Source: Piedraia hortae CBS 480.64 (Eukaryota). Taken from it: 64,000 nt of DNA. The notes below the pieces were generated by a model that saw nothing but the letters and a program-made list of their open reading frames with translations, did not search any database and had not been told where the DNA came from. Location of the stretch: positions 62,001-126,000 of the forward strand of contig MU005958.1 in NCBI GenBank assembly GCA_010093745.1, in the 5' to 3' direction. Both the position numbers and the translations under genes were made by a program. This document shows, in pieces, positions 11,124-22,689 of this stretch (its first letter is position 1; every line of letters starts with the position of its first letter).

Positions 11124-11529
11124 ATGACTCGCTTCTGCGGTGTGCATGTCCGCCTCCCCGTCCGGGCTAAGGCTCGCAGGTTCAAACGCTGGGTCTTCAG
11201 CCGCCCGGAGCCTATCTGTCTTGGAGCTTTCGAAGACGGGGTGTTCGCGGCAGGTCGCGTCGACGGGGTTAATGTAAGTGTGCGATCAACTTACACGCAG
11301 GTTACAATCACCAAGCCCTTCAATCTCATCCCCGTCGACCACCTATTTAAGGGTCATTATGACCCCAAGATTGGTGAGTAAACCCATTCTTGGATTTCAT
11401 CGGCTAAACCAATGAAATTTTCCAGGGCCTCGCCTCGAGGTGGACACTGACACCTCCGAGCCCCTTTCCGAAGTCATCGCCAGGACGCTGGACGGGTCGG
11501 CGGCCGAGGACTCGGATGAGCGTGCGTGA
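11124..11529 (+). CDS. Orphan 117-aa protein, copy B (inside left IR arm)
   Basis: Probable 5'UTR intron 10841-11104 (GTAAGT..GCTAAC..ACAG); ATG 11124; intron 11374-11425; MTRFCGVHVRLPV...TITKPFNLIPVDHLFKGHYDPKIGPRLEVD...DERA*. Confidence 0.7.
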
Positions 11530-11587
11530 AGCAATGACGGCATCTGCCATGCTTCTTATCTTTTTCTGTTTTCTGCCTTTTTCTGCC

Positions 11588-11648
11588 TTTTGTTTTCTTG
11601 GTTTGTTTTCTTGGTTTGTTTTCTTGGTTTGTTTTCTTGGTTTGTTTT
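11588..11648. repeat. 13-bp minisatellite (TTGTTTTCTTGGT) x ~4.5; mirrored at ~25133-25193
   Basis: Direct reading. Confidence 0.9.
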
Positions 11649-11874
11649 TGGGCGGCGTTGGATGCAGGGCGCTTGGATCTTTGCTTTTCTGTTTTTTTTC
11701 CGAAAGGACCACCTGGACTTCTTGCCCTTCTTACTCCGCAAGAAGGCATACTGCACGCAGACCTACACGACTAACACACCGCACCCTACAAGATAATATT
11801 ATTATGGACGGCACGTGGAACCTGGACACCGAAGGCACCTACGAACACTCATTGACATCTACAAGATCCATAAT

Positions 11875-13800
11875 GCCCTACGGATCCCTACGGATCCCTA
11901 CAATCCCTACGGAAACCTACGATCCCTACGATGAACATTCAATGAAGCCTACGAGGCCCTACGACTCCCTATGAAACCCTAGGGAAACCTACGATCTCTA
12001 CGAAGCCCTACGAAGCCCTAAGAAAACCTACGATCCTTATGGAAACCTATAATTCCTAGGTCCGAACACTCATTAACACCTACGAGAACTTGCACAGTCC
12101 TAAGAAGGCTTTAGGAGACCTAAGGAGATCCACATACGCCTGCAATCACCTACGAAGATATTCATTACCACCTATAGACCAACACGACCACCTACAACAC
12201 CTAGACACCCCAGCGAGAACCTTTCAAAAGGCACAACATTTACGACCACATATGGAGGTTTAAGAGCATCTACAAGCATCTGCAACGACATCTGTGCATA
12301 CACTGACGGACAAATCACCGGAGAAATCATCGAAGGCTTCAACAAAGACATCGTTTACGTTCACGGAGGCATTACCAAGATCCTAATGAAGCCATCTGCA
12401 AGTGTTCAAAAGCGCCCACGAGTACATGCAAGCATTTAATGAAACATTCACTAAGACATTTACCAACCCATAGACGAAGCCACATGCGGATATTTAGAAG
12501 TTTCTACGAGCATTTGTGATGACATTCACTGGCCAGGGGTATTTACAGTTACATTTACAAGGCCATTCGAGAAGGCATTTACGAGCACAATCGACGAACT
12601 CACTTACAACTACACTTGCGAAGACTGCACGAACACCCACGGAAGACACTTCAATTATCAGCACCTTGGAGCCACAGAATATTCATGAGGTCATACGAAT
12701 ACAAGCATAAATCGCTCACACCCACGAAAACGTTCACGAAGACACCTAAGAAGGCATTTACCAAGAAATGAACAAAGCCACCTGCGTACATTTAGACGCA
12801 CCTACGACCATTTGCGAAGGCATTCAATGAGCCGCATACGTTGCCCACCTGAGGCATCTACAAAATCTTCTCGGCCTCACTCGAGGGATTTATGAGAACA
12901 ATCGACGAACTCATCTACAAGGACACAGACACCTATCCAATTGCCAGACAACAATGGAGCCACAGGGATGGTTATGAAGCACAGGCATTGAGAGGAGAAG
13001 AAGGGGCGAAGGATGAACACTCATTACCAGCAGGAAGCGAGCCAAGGAATTAGACAATCATTCGACACCACCCACAAGCAACGAGCAACGAGGATTATTC
13101 ATGGCATGAAGACTGGACAAGCGTTATGAAATCGAGAATCAGCCATGACAACACATGGACTGGATAAGCACCGACTGTACGAGCTGTAACTGGACAAACA
13201 CTAACGGCACAAGCAATATACAAGTATTCACCAACACCTGGACGATCATTAGACTAATCAACATTCAACGACAGGGAACCTAAGACGACAAGGCTGCCAC
13301 TGCAAGGAATCTCAAGGTATGACATAAGGAAGGAGAAAAGAATTTGGATGGAATGCGAGGATTACCATGCCATTGGTCAAGAGGAAGAAGCTAAATGACA
13401 AGGATGATAGCCTCAAGCGGAAGGATGACAAGCTTTTGAACAATCACCGCAGACGAAAGACGACAAGCAACTGCTGCCGACGATTAACTATAGCAGGAGG
13501 TAAGGCTTATGGCAAGGACGAGAGCGAGACGTTGACCACGACAGGGACAAGACGATTACAAGACGCACGAGAGTCTGGGAAGGTATCGAAATGGAACGGG
13601 CTGGGTTGGCGTTTGGGTACAGGAGTTTTTGCTTTGGGATGGGTGTTGGGAATGGGAGTATGGGTCGGAGTTTGGGTGAAGGAGCTTTTGCTTTGGGCGG
13701 GCAATGTATTTACTTTTCTCATAGATTTTATTATGTCAAACCGGTTTACCTTTTTCACTTTGTAGACCGGATTCAACTGTGAATATTTTTCTTCAACTTC
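11875..13800 (+). repeat. Degenerate low-complexity repeat body of the left element (CCCTACGGAT-type units grading into C/A-rich repeats)
   Basis: Reiterated ccctacg/cctacgaag units and strong strand skew; patchy similarity to the reverse complement of ~22690-24810. Confidence 0.7.
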
Positions 13801-14309
13801 TGCAATGTACACGGATCTTTCATTGTTTGAATTTACCGGCACGGGACTTTCGGCTTCTTGATCATCCATTGGCCATGCAGTATAAGACTCTGTTTCCATA
13901 TTCGGCAGTAGTGCTTCCTCCCCCCCCTCCCCCCCTCCCCTTAATTACGCAGTTAAATAGTTCTGCCTTGATAGGGCGGCATTACAAGAGCAGAGAGAGG
14001 AGTTCTCTCCTCGCGAAGAATGTACGAGGTAAGTCGAATGACGGGGATGCTGAGCCTCTCTGGCTGTGGTTTGGCTTATTTGCGGATGTGCCAAGCCGGC
14101 ACCACCCGACCTCGCTAGTCTCGGCCCCAACCCACGTCATGCCCGGGATTACGCGCCACTTCGCATCTTCACACATCACGCAGACACTTGAAGTAGGTTA
14201 GATTCACCATACGACAGCTCTAACATTGTATTCCTATCATAACGCAACTCATCCGGTCATTCCATTCAATGCACCTCAACCAACATTCCTTATTCCCCCA
14301 AACACCCTG

Positions 14310-16012
14310 CTAACTCCTCCTCGGAATGGCCTCTTTACAATGCACAGCAACCGACTTAAATAGCCTCCTCCAACCCAGCGGATCACCTTTTGCCTTAATG
14401 AACCTCACTTCAACAACCTCGAGAACAGACATTGAATGTCCTCTAATCTGCACCCGTTCGACCACGACTCTACCCCGAAGAAGTTCCCTCCTAGGATCGA
14501 GGGCTTTGATTTGGATAGAGAACTTGTCCGGCCCGTTTTGCTCTTCTGCGAGGATAGACACGTTGAGGGTTTGCAACGCGGATAAAACGAGTGGCACAAG
14601 GGCTTCGCAAGTGTAGTGCGAGTAGAATCTTGTCAGGGAGTAGGATGGGACAATGTCGTTGAATGCTCGGGCTTGTTGGGTTGCTGTCATTTGGGTAACT
14701 GGGATGCGAGTGATTTGTGATTGGGATGGGTCCTCGGAGACTGCGTCTAGGATGTCGGCTGTGGTGATGTTTTGGCTAGGGGCTGGGGGTGTGGATGATT
14801 TTAGCATGACTGAGCTGCTGCGAGGAGGCTCCTCCCATTCCCACGACATGCTTTCGTTGACGGGCGTTTCCGTGCCGGGGGTGGGCCCGGCAGCTGCTTG
14901 GGAAGCAGTCACAGCGGCGTCAAAGTCGATACGGAGACCTTCGAGCATATGGGTGGCGAGTTTGACGGGGTTGGCAACCATGCCGTCTGGGCCTAGCTGT
15001 TCGTTATTTCGACAGAACCAGGGGAGCTTCATGACTTCTGAGAGCGTCAGCCGCTTCTCGGGGTCGGGGTTTAGCATGCCCCGCAGTAGACCGACAACAT
15101 CGGAGGGTACTTTTTGCCAGAGTTCGTCTTGCGGTCGGCCAACACCTGAAGAGAGATAGTCGTGGTATTCATAGCTCTCAGCCGGGTTGGGAGAGTCCCA
15201 AGGAGTGTTGCCCGCCAACAGAACAAAGAGTACAATCGCACACGACCAGACATCTGCTCGATTAGGCATGTAGCCCACTGGGGTGTCTTCGCCTCGGTTT
15301 TTTCGTTTGCGGTTTACCTCGCCGATTTCCAAGATCTCCGGCGCTATGTAAGGTGGACTACCACAGACCATGCTGCACTTCTTGATGTTATCGTTTCGAC
15401 CAGGCAGGGCGAATTGGGTAGCCAAGCCAAAGTCTGCCAGTTTCAGATCACCGTCCTTGCTGAGAAGGATATTCTCCGGCTTAACATCGCGATGAGCAAC
15501 GCCCTTGTCATGACAATAGGCCATGGCCCGTACGAGCTGCACAAAATACAAATGGGCCACGTCCAACGAGCAACCCTCGTCAGCCTCAATTTTGTCAAAC
15601 AAATCTCCTCCCTCGGCTAATTCCATGCCCATCCAGACCCAATGCTCATCTTCACCCGCCGCCAAGAAGCGAATAATGTTCGGATGGCCCGTCACATGAT
15701 TATGAAGGGACAATTCGATTTTCAGCTGCTTGGGACGTAAACGTCCGGCTTTGTAGGCATGATCCTTGTTTATAAACTTGACCGCAATGACAGGGTGAGA
15801 GACGTGAGGCGGACACGCTTTGCGCACCCTGTTGGTCAGCAGACGCGGGCCGGATGACGCGGAAAACTCACGACGCGTAAGTGCCGGATCCAATGGTTTT
15901 GGAGATGATGCGAAATGGTATGTTGCTGGGTAAGGGCACTTGAGGAGACTACAGAGTCAGTCCGTATATCGCACCATTTGAGCGAGCGGCTTACTCCGGG
16001 AGGCGCACCCAT
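14310..16012 (-). CDS. CHK1: Checkpoint kinase Chk1
   Basis: Spliced N-terminus PFRIISKTIGSGTYAS; AVKFINK, GGDLFDKIEADEG, HRDVKPEN, DFGLA, CGSPPYIAPE; C-terminal LTRFYS and KGDPLGWRRLFK; two 5' introns; MCB ACGCGT at 16084-16089. Confidence 0.95.
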
Positions 16013-16310
16013 TGTGCAGATGGGAAGTCGAAGTGTTTGTGGCCCGTGCAGTATGCAACGCGAGCCAAACCGTCTTTACCTAGACGCGTAGTTAAGAGGT
16101 GTTGGATGAAATCCTAGGCAAGTGCTAGTGAGAGCGCACTAGGCCGGGTATACCAGTCTATACCAGGTACATACTACAACAGTATCTTACAGTCCTGTGA
16201 TAACCACAACCTCTATAAACAGAGCGCGCCGACCCAATGCTCGCAACACCCGCTTGTATCGGTCATCTCATCGTCAACAATTACAGCGCTATCCAGTGGG
16301 ACCAATTACC

Positions 16311-17819
16311 TCAACTTGCGACAGTCTGCGCCAGCATCGACTCCAAGTTGCGTTCTCGCAATATAGCCGCGTATTTGGGCTCCCGCGAGAACTTTGGTAT
16401 AGAGTCCTGATTTGGTCAGTATGAAAAAAACTGAGAACTGGAGAATAGACTTGCACTGGCCATGACTTTGAAAACACTGCTCTGAGCCTGATCAAAGAGG
16501 ACGGCGACCTCTTCAAGACTCTTCATCATCTGCGCATCTTCCGTGACCGCCTGCGTCATGCGCCCTGCCAGGGCGTTGCGCAAATTGTGGTCAATATTAA
16601 GCTCACATGGCGAGCCCGGAGCGAGAAAGGCGTTGTACAGGCTGTAAGCAGATGCTAGAGTCTCTCGAACAACGTCCATGGGAAGGACCTTATGGTTCTG
16701 CTTAGCCCGGTTGAACTCCAGCAGAAAGGCCTGCACCTCCAGATAAAAGGCTAGGTTCTCCTCGCAATGCGTCTCGACAAGATACTCGCGGAACAGCAAG
16801 CGCAAGGCCGGATCCCGAATGATAACCGTCATGCGGTTCACGTTACTGTCTCGCACAACCCCTTGCGGACGCAGGGTGGACGGTTTCCCGTTGGACGGGG
16901 CGACCGGATCTGCGATCCAGTTTGCCACGCGCATGCCCTTGGTGGTCACGGCGTGAAGGGCATGTTTGGACGCGGCAAATCTGATTGTCGCGTTGTTGAT
17001 CGGGCGGTAGTCTGAGTCGAGGGGAACGATCAAACCAAGCTGCAAGAAGGCGTTGGCAATCTCAAAAACCTCCCGCTTGTCCACCGTGGTGCAGCAGCTC
17101 ATGATCCAGTCGAACGCAGCCTTTCCGGTGAAGATGTAGGGAGACTCCTTGTCGCCGCGACGCGCACGCTGAACTCGCACACCGACCAGGCCAGTGGCAT
17201 AGTCGTTGATGGAATCAGAGTCTGAAGTGACGTTTTGGCGGACATTGGGCCCATTATTCCCGGCAAAACGGCGGAAGATGACGTGGACAGTGGCCTCGTC
17301 ATGACTAATTTTGTCAGTGTCAGGATCACGCTCGAGAATTACGAGTTGCATCATATTGCGCGGTGATTCAAGCATGTCGTTGACATGACGCTGGTGTATA
17401 CCGTTGCGCTGGCAGAAGCGCTGCAGAATGTACATGCCCTTTGGAGTCAGCTGCCACACCGACCCCTTGGAACTGAAATCTGTCTTGCCCTCCACCGACT
17501 GGATGAACCTGGCTTCGAGGAAGCGCATGCACACAGACCGCGCCATTTCTTTTGCCATGGAGAATGTTGTCGTCGTCGTTGTAACAATGCGGCTGGGGTC
17601 TTTGGGGTCGGGCATACGGTTGGATTGTGAGAACTTCAGGGACCCAAGATTCGTCAAAGCCTCTTCAGTGGTGAACGAATGGTCCACGCGGGAGAAACGG
17701 ACTCGATGGGTGGTTAAGGGGAGGCTAACAACAAGCGTGGCAAAGAGGTCCTTGAAGTCGCGGGTGTAAGGACGGTCGTCCTCCGTCATGCGGAGGAGGC
17801 GAGACGACGTCTGATGCAT
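16311..17819 (-). CDS. flbA: Regulator of G-protein signalling, FlbA/Sst2 type (DEP + RGS)
   Basis: MHQTSSRLLRMTEDDRP.TRDFKDLF, SLKFSQSNRMPDPKDPSRIVTT, ETHCEENLAFY; last exon DSIPKF...VAS* follows a GC-AG intron at 16407-16454. Confidence 0.92.
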
Positions 17820-18211
17820 TGTGCAACCTTCAGTAGGGAATTCTGTAAGGATTTAGGGGAAAAGCTGTGCGTGGCCGCGAAGCAGCTACCAATAGCGTGA
17901 CACCAAACACATGTGGGGGATGGAAACGGCCGAGACAAGCAGCCTGAGGCATCAATTGCCGCAGGCGTGTGAGAGCGGGGCAGATGGAGAAGATGGAGAA
18001 CAGATCAGGGGTTGGGGCGGTCGCGATCTTGTCGGCAGACTCGCACTCCACGGCGGGCACCCGCTAAGGGTTACTGTGGCGGAAAAAAAGGGTCTGCGGA
18101 GAGGCTGCAAAACACACGGCTCGGCTTGCGGGCGGTGATGGTCAAGCTACGGGGAGAAGGACAAAGATTTAAACCGAAAGGACAGATGTGGGTCGGGGCT
18201 TTCCACTGCCT

Positions 18212-18579
18212 CACGTGGCCCCAGAGGGACACCCTGGTCTGTATCTTCGTTTTAGGGTTGCCGAATCCTGGATCGTCCACCGCCAACGACCCGCACGTGG
18301 TCGCCGCAGCCTTCGTGCATCAAACTCACCGCCCACGTGTTTCCTTAATTCATGCGGCGCCACGTGCGGCCATTGACACTTTACATCCGTCACTTCTGAG
18401 ACCCTCTGTAGCCCTTTGTCAGACTCGGCAGTGCCACTGATCTCAGCCGCAGTGCCACAGCTGAGCACCTTTTCATGGTCGAAACATTGCGTGTGAAACC
18501 CTCGAAACCTGGGGTGCTACATTTTACTTGCATGCTCTTTCTAACCGAAAACTTCCAACGCGCAGGTGGCTTCCACGTG
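18212..18579. promoter_or_regulatory. Cluster of five CACGTG E-boxes in the divergent flbA / DUF3405 intergenic region
   Basis: CACGTG at 18212, 18294, 18334, 18361, 18574. Confidence 0.55.
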
Positions 18580-19010
18580 GGCCGGCAAAGCCTGCTTGCG
18601 AAACGCGTCCGCTCCGTTGCCTTCCAGGTTGTCGGGTCTGACGTACATGGCTGGTATGGCGGTGCACTCGGCCACGTTCAGATTCGTGGCAAAACCCCTT
18701 GCTTACGTGGTAGATATACCACCAGCAGACATGATCATGTATTTCGCTTGGTGCATCGTGGTACAAAAGCAGGGATTTCCTACTATTGGGCAGTTTGACT
18801 GGAAAAAATAAAATTGATTGGATGAGATGGCGCAATGCAAGCAAAGGCGTTTTTGTGTGACGGTGATGTCGCGGTAAGTCTCCGTCGGACCCTGATAGGC
18901 TTCGGCTGACTCATGTCAGAATTGACGTCTAGCGCGTAACAGCAACGCCCTATCACCTGATTTAGCCATCGTTTACTCGTAGTTCTACCAGCCGCGCAAC
19001 GTCGCAATCC

Positions 19011-21299
19011 ATGGGCTCCTCCACGCGCTACCGCACCCTCTCGGGGGCTCTAGTTGACATGGAGACTCGACGCAAAAGTAACATCTTGGATTATGCTGAT
19101 ACCGAGGCTCAAACCCCTATAAAACCAACCTTCGCCTATCATATTCCTCGCCGACGATTTACTCGCTTATTTACTTTGAGCCTGACAGCCACGATCGTTC
19201 TCTTCATTCTGTATCTTGTCCATGCTAGCTCTACCAATGACGCCAAGGTCCGCTTGAGCCTGAACAAACCTCCACCACCGGCTGCCTGGGAGCAATTTCC
19301 ATTCCTAAAGCGCTTTCATGGAGGAATCCGCACGCTTGTGGACCGGGAAGACAACAAGCCCGAGTTCCCTGCAGAAAATGCTGCTGAGGCCATAAAATTA
19401 TTACCAACAGTACATCCGACGAGGTCCCAAGAGAAGCGCCAAGCTGCCGAGGCAAATGCGCAAGGTACAACGACTACGGAAACGCATTCAAATGCATTTC
19501 TCGGCAAAAGTCAACGATTCGATCCGTATGGTCACTGGCCGACGAGTGATTATGAGCCGCGAGTGAAGTGTTATCTCGATAATCGGACTAGACTCGACGT
19601 TCCGCAGCTTTTAGCATACCGCGGTGTCGTGCGCGGCTTTCCAGACCCAGCCATGGGATCATACAAAGAGCTGGGCTTGCGCGATGATGTTTGCTTTGAG
19701 CGATATGGTCGGCTCGGGCCGTATGGTCTTGGCTACAGTCGCAAGTTTGGGGGCTCGGGTGCTGCAATGGATGCGGAGAACGAAGGATACATGGCGGTTT
19801 GGGGTGGGAGCGAGGAAAACCAGGTCCCATGGAGCGGAATCGAATGGGACAAGGCCCAGAAAGAATGTCATGAAGCCAATAATCACCGCTTTAAGCATGA
19901 GTCAAGCCCAAAGCAAGCTGAGTCAAGGGAAAAGACAGAAAAAGGCCCATCGGGACTGAAGCTACTTCCCAAAAAGGCCGTTGTCATTCGGACCTGGCAC
20001 GACTACGACTATGATGCTGAGGATCTCATGTATCTGCGAGCACTTGTCAACGAATTATCGCTTCAATCCGGCGGAGAATACAACGTTCATTTCCTGATAC
20101 ACGTCAAAAACGACAGCCTGCCAATCTGGTCAGATGACGAAGTCCATAGTCGTGTGTTAAGAGAAGCATTACCAGAAGAGTTCCGAGGCATGGGTACACT
20201 CTGGTCCGAGGCCCAGATGGCGTACGTTTACACTGGGCTGCCAGATAGTAGCTACCGTGGCCTGCCTGTGTATGGGGCTTATCGAAGCACTTTCCTGCCA
20301 ATGCAGTTGTTCGCCCATAATCACCCCGAGTACAAGTTCTTTTGGCATTGGGAGATGGATGCTCGATATACCGGTCACTATTACCATCTCTTCCATCAGG
20401 TATCTGAGTGGGCTAAGCAGCAGCCACGCAAGGGTCTGTGGGAACGCAACGGCCGCTTTTACATACCCTCAGAACACGGCAGCTGGGACGACTTTCGACA
20501 CATGGTGCGTGTCCAGACTGAGCATGGCACAGGAAGCAAACAAAACATGTACGGCAAGCTCGGGGCTGATGCTGGAATCAGGCACCCGCTAGATGAACAG
20601 TCTCGGCGGCCTGAACAGCCAGTCTGGGGACCGTTGCCACCATCCACAAATGAAATGGTCAAGTCAGGAGATGAACCGGAGCCACCAGTTAGCTACGACA
20701 AGGACAACTACGATTGGGGTGTGGGTGAGGAGGCGGATCTCATTACCTTCAATCCCTTGTTCGATCCTGACTCGACAAACTGGATCTTGGCAGAGGACGT
20801 GACTGGATATAACACCAGCGATGGCTTACCGCCACGACGAACAGCCATAATCACAGCCTCTCGTCTCAGCAGACGACTGCTTCAAACTATGCATCGAGAA
20901 ACCTCGGTCGGTCACCACACCATGTTTTCCGAAATGTGGCCTGGATCGTGTGCGTTGCATCACGGGTACAAAGCTGTCTATGCCCCGCATCCGGTATACA
21001 TCGATCGAGCCTGGCCAACTTCATACATGGCCGCCATTTTTAACAATGGACGCAACGGAGCAGCAGGTGGAGCCAGAACCTCTGTCTTTAGCGATGAACG
21101 GCAGCATAATTTCCTGGGAACGACATGGTACTACCATGCCGGACACGCACCAAACCTTTGGAGGCGCTGGCTGGGCTTCCGTGTGGATAACGACGGCGGT
21201 GAAGAATACGAGAAGACTAATGAAGGGCGCATGTGTCTGCCAGCAATGCTGCTACATCCTGTTAAACAAGTAGATTTAATATTCGAGCATGAAGGCTGA
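19011..21299 (+). CDS. DUF3405-like fungal type II membrane protein (putative glycosyltransferase-like)
   Basis: Single N-terminal TM; DVCFERYGRLGPYG, AVVIRTW, LRALVNELSL, FFWHWEMDARYTGHYY, SRLSRRLL, LLHPVK motifs. Confidence 0.8.
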   Translation: MGSSTRYRTLSGALVDMETRRKSNILDYADTEAQTPIKPTFAYHIPRRRFTRLFTLSLTATIVLFILYLVHASSTNDAKVRLSLNKPPPPAAWEQFPFLKRFHGGIRTLVDREDNKPEFPAENAAEAIKLLPTVHPTRSQEKRQAAEANAQGTTTTETHSNAFLGKSQRFDPYGHWPTSDYEPRVKCYLDNRTRLDVPQLLAYRGVVRGFPDPAMGSYKELGLRDDVCFERYGRLGPYGLGYSRKFGGSGAAMDAENEGYMAVWGGSEENQVPWSGIEWDKAQKECHEANNHRFKHESSPKQAESREKTEKGPSGLKLLPKKAVVIRTWHDYDYDAEDLMYLRALVNELSLQSGGEYNVHFLIHVKNDSLPIWSDDEVHSRVLREALPEEFRGMGTLWSEAQMAYVYTGLPDSSYRGLPVYGAYRSTFLPMQLFAHNHPEYKFFWHWEMDARYTGHYYHLFHQVSEWAKQQPRKGLWERNGRFYIPSEHGSWDDFRHMVRVQTEHGTGSKQNMYGKLGADAGIRHPLDEQSRRPEQPVWGPLPPSTNEMVKSGDEPEPPVSYDKDNYDWGVGEEADLITFNPLFDPDSTNWILAEDVTGYNTSDGLPPRRTAIITASRLSRRLLQTMHRETSVGHHTMFSEMWPGSCALHHGYKAVYAPHPVYIDRAWPTSYMAAIFNNGRNGAAGGARTSVFSDERQHNFLGTTWYYHAGHAPNLWRRWLGFRVDNDGGEEYEKTNEGRMCLPAMLLHPVKQVDLIFEHEG

Positions 21300-21576
21300 A
21301 AATCTTAGAATACACCATAATGAGACACGAATCTATATGTTCTTGCCTCACTGGCCAAGATCTTCAAACTGATCAAATGTCTCCGGATGGATGTCACATG
21401 TAGTGAATTTTCAATACGGCGCTAGTGTGAAATCGTAGTGGCGTGGCGCAGGTAGAGTTGGCCAATCGCGCGGGTTGCGCCGTCACGTCACTCCACGCCA
21501 TTGACATCAAGGACCTCAAGCGCCAGCCTTGGGGTCTCTTTGAACCCAAGCCAACTGTTATTCCCGCCTACACTCC

Positions 21577-22383
21577 ATGTCCTTCAACGATTCCCCCGCC
21601 CTAGAGGCACAACCTACAACGTGGCGCCGCAGCGATGATGCCACGTATCGCGACGATCCCGAATACGACAAATTCACTAAGCAGCTTTCGGAGCAGTTGT
21701 TCGGCCTCACAGCTGGCATCTCGCGTCTCTCCAACGAAGTAGGCCTACTGGGAACTCGACGCGAGACTGAGCGCGTACGCGAGCGAGTACAGGACCTCCT
21801 CCACGAGACGAGTGATGGATTCAAATCAGTCGGCGAAGGGATAAAGAAGATCCAGGCTCGCCAGGATCTAAATCCAAGCCAACGATACACGCAGACTAAG
21901 CTGTCGCAAGAATTTGGCGCTAGCCTAAACGAGTTCCAGGGTTTACAACGCCGGGCTTTGGAGAAGCAACGCGCCAGTCAGGCCGCAGCCAAAGCTGCCT
22001 TGGAAACACAGGGAGAAGATCAATCTATTGAGCCCGATTCCGCCCAGCTCCAGCAGGAACAGCGCCTTGCGCAGCAAGACGACGTCGACTTCCAGGAGAG
22101 TTTGATTATCGAACGCGAGGCGGAGATTCGCAACATCCAGTCTTCCGTCGGCGAGCTGAACGAGCTTTTCCGCGACGTGGCCGCCATTGTGCATGAGCAA
22201 GGCCAGGTGCTCGACCTTGTGTCCGATAATGTTACACGAACTGCGGAGGACACGAGAAGGGCGGATGTCGAGCTCCGTGCGGCAAGCAGACACCAGAGAA
22301 GTGCTCGAGGCAAGGCGTGTTGTCTTCTTCTGATCCTGGTAATTGTGCTCCTGGTTGTCGTTTTGGCCGTTGTTTTGGGTTGA
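21577..22383 (+). CDS. Vacuolar/endosomal syntaxin (Pep12/Vam3-like Qa-SNARE)
   Basis: Habc domain, SNARE motif EREAEIRNIQ..ELNELFRDVAAIVHEQG, C-terminal TM anchor. Confidence 0.92.
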   Translation: MSFNDSPALEAQPTTWRRSDDATYRDDPEYDKFTKQLSEQLFGLTAGISRLSNEVGLLGTRRETERVRERVQDLLHETSDGFKSVGEGIKKIQARQDLNPSQRYTQTKLSQEFGASLNEFQGLQRRALEKQRASQAAAKAALETQGEDQSIEPDSAQLQQEQRLAQQDDVDFQESLIIEREAEIRNIQSSVGELNELFRDVAAIVHEQGQVLDLVSDNVTRTAEDTRRADVELRAASRHQRSARGKACCLLLILVIVLLVVVLAVVLG

Positions 22384-22689
22384 GGATCATTGCTTGTGTC
22401 TTGTCCTTAGCGTACGCGTTTATGTCAGTGTTTTACTATGTGCCAATTCAATGGACTGATCAGACTTTCCACGTCACGCTGCGTTGGTAAGGGAAAATCT
22501 CGCCTTTGATAAATTTGCTCTTTTCAATAACAGCTATTTAATCGGTGTGGTTTGACAATGAAAGATTTGTTGAACATACAGTCTGCATGACTCGCTCTTC
22601 GCGTAATGGTTAGCCGCTGTGGCTCATTGAGTCAGAGCCGTCCACGATAGTGGATATGGTGATGGTCAGCCGTAGGTTCCCTCTATATT

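Larger units (their letters stand above)
10501..11970 (+). repeat. Left arm of a 1.47-kb near-perfect inverted repeat (partner 24811-26280)
   Basis: Mirrored ORFs have identical translations and paired coordinates always sum to 36781 (no indels); first mismatches seen at 11943 and 11965; divergence from 11971. Confidence 0.98.

Noticed and set aside
11404..11974. ORFs over the 13-mer minisatellite (KKTNQENKPRKQ / FLGLFSWFVFLV) and their mirrors at 24657-25377
   Set aside because: Translations of a tandem repeat lying in the 3' region of the orphan gene; no independent coding evidence.
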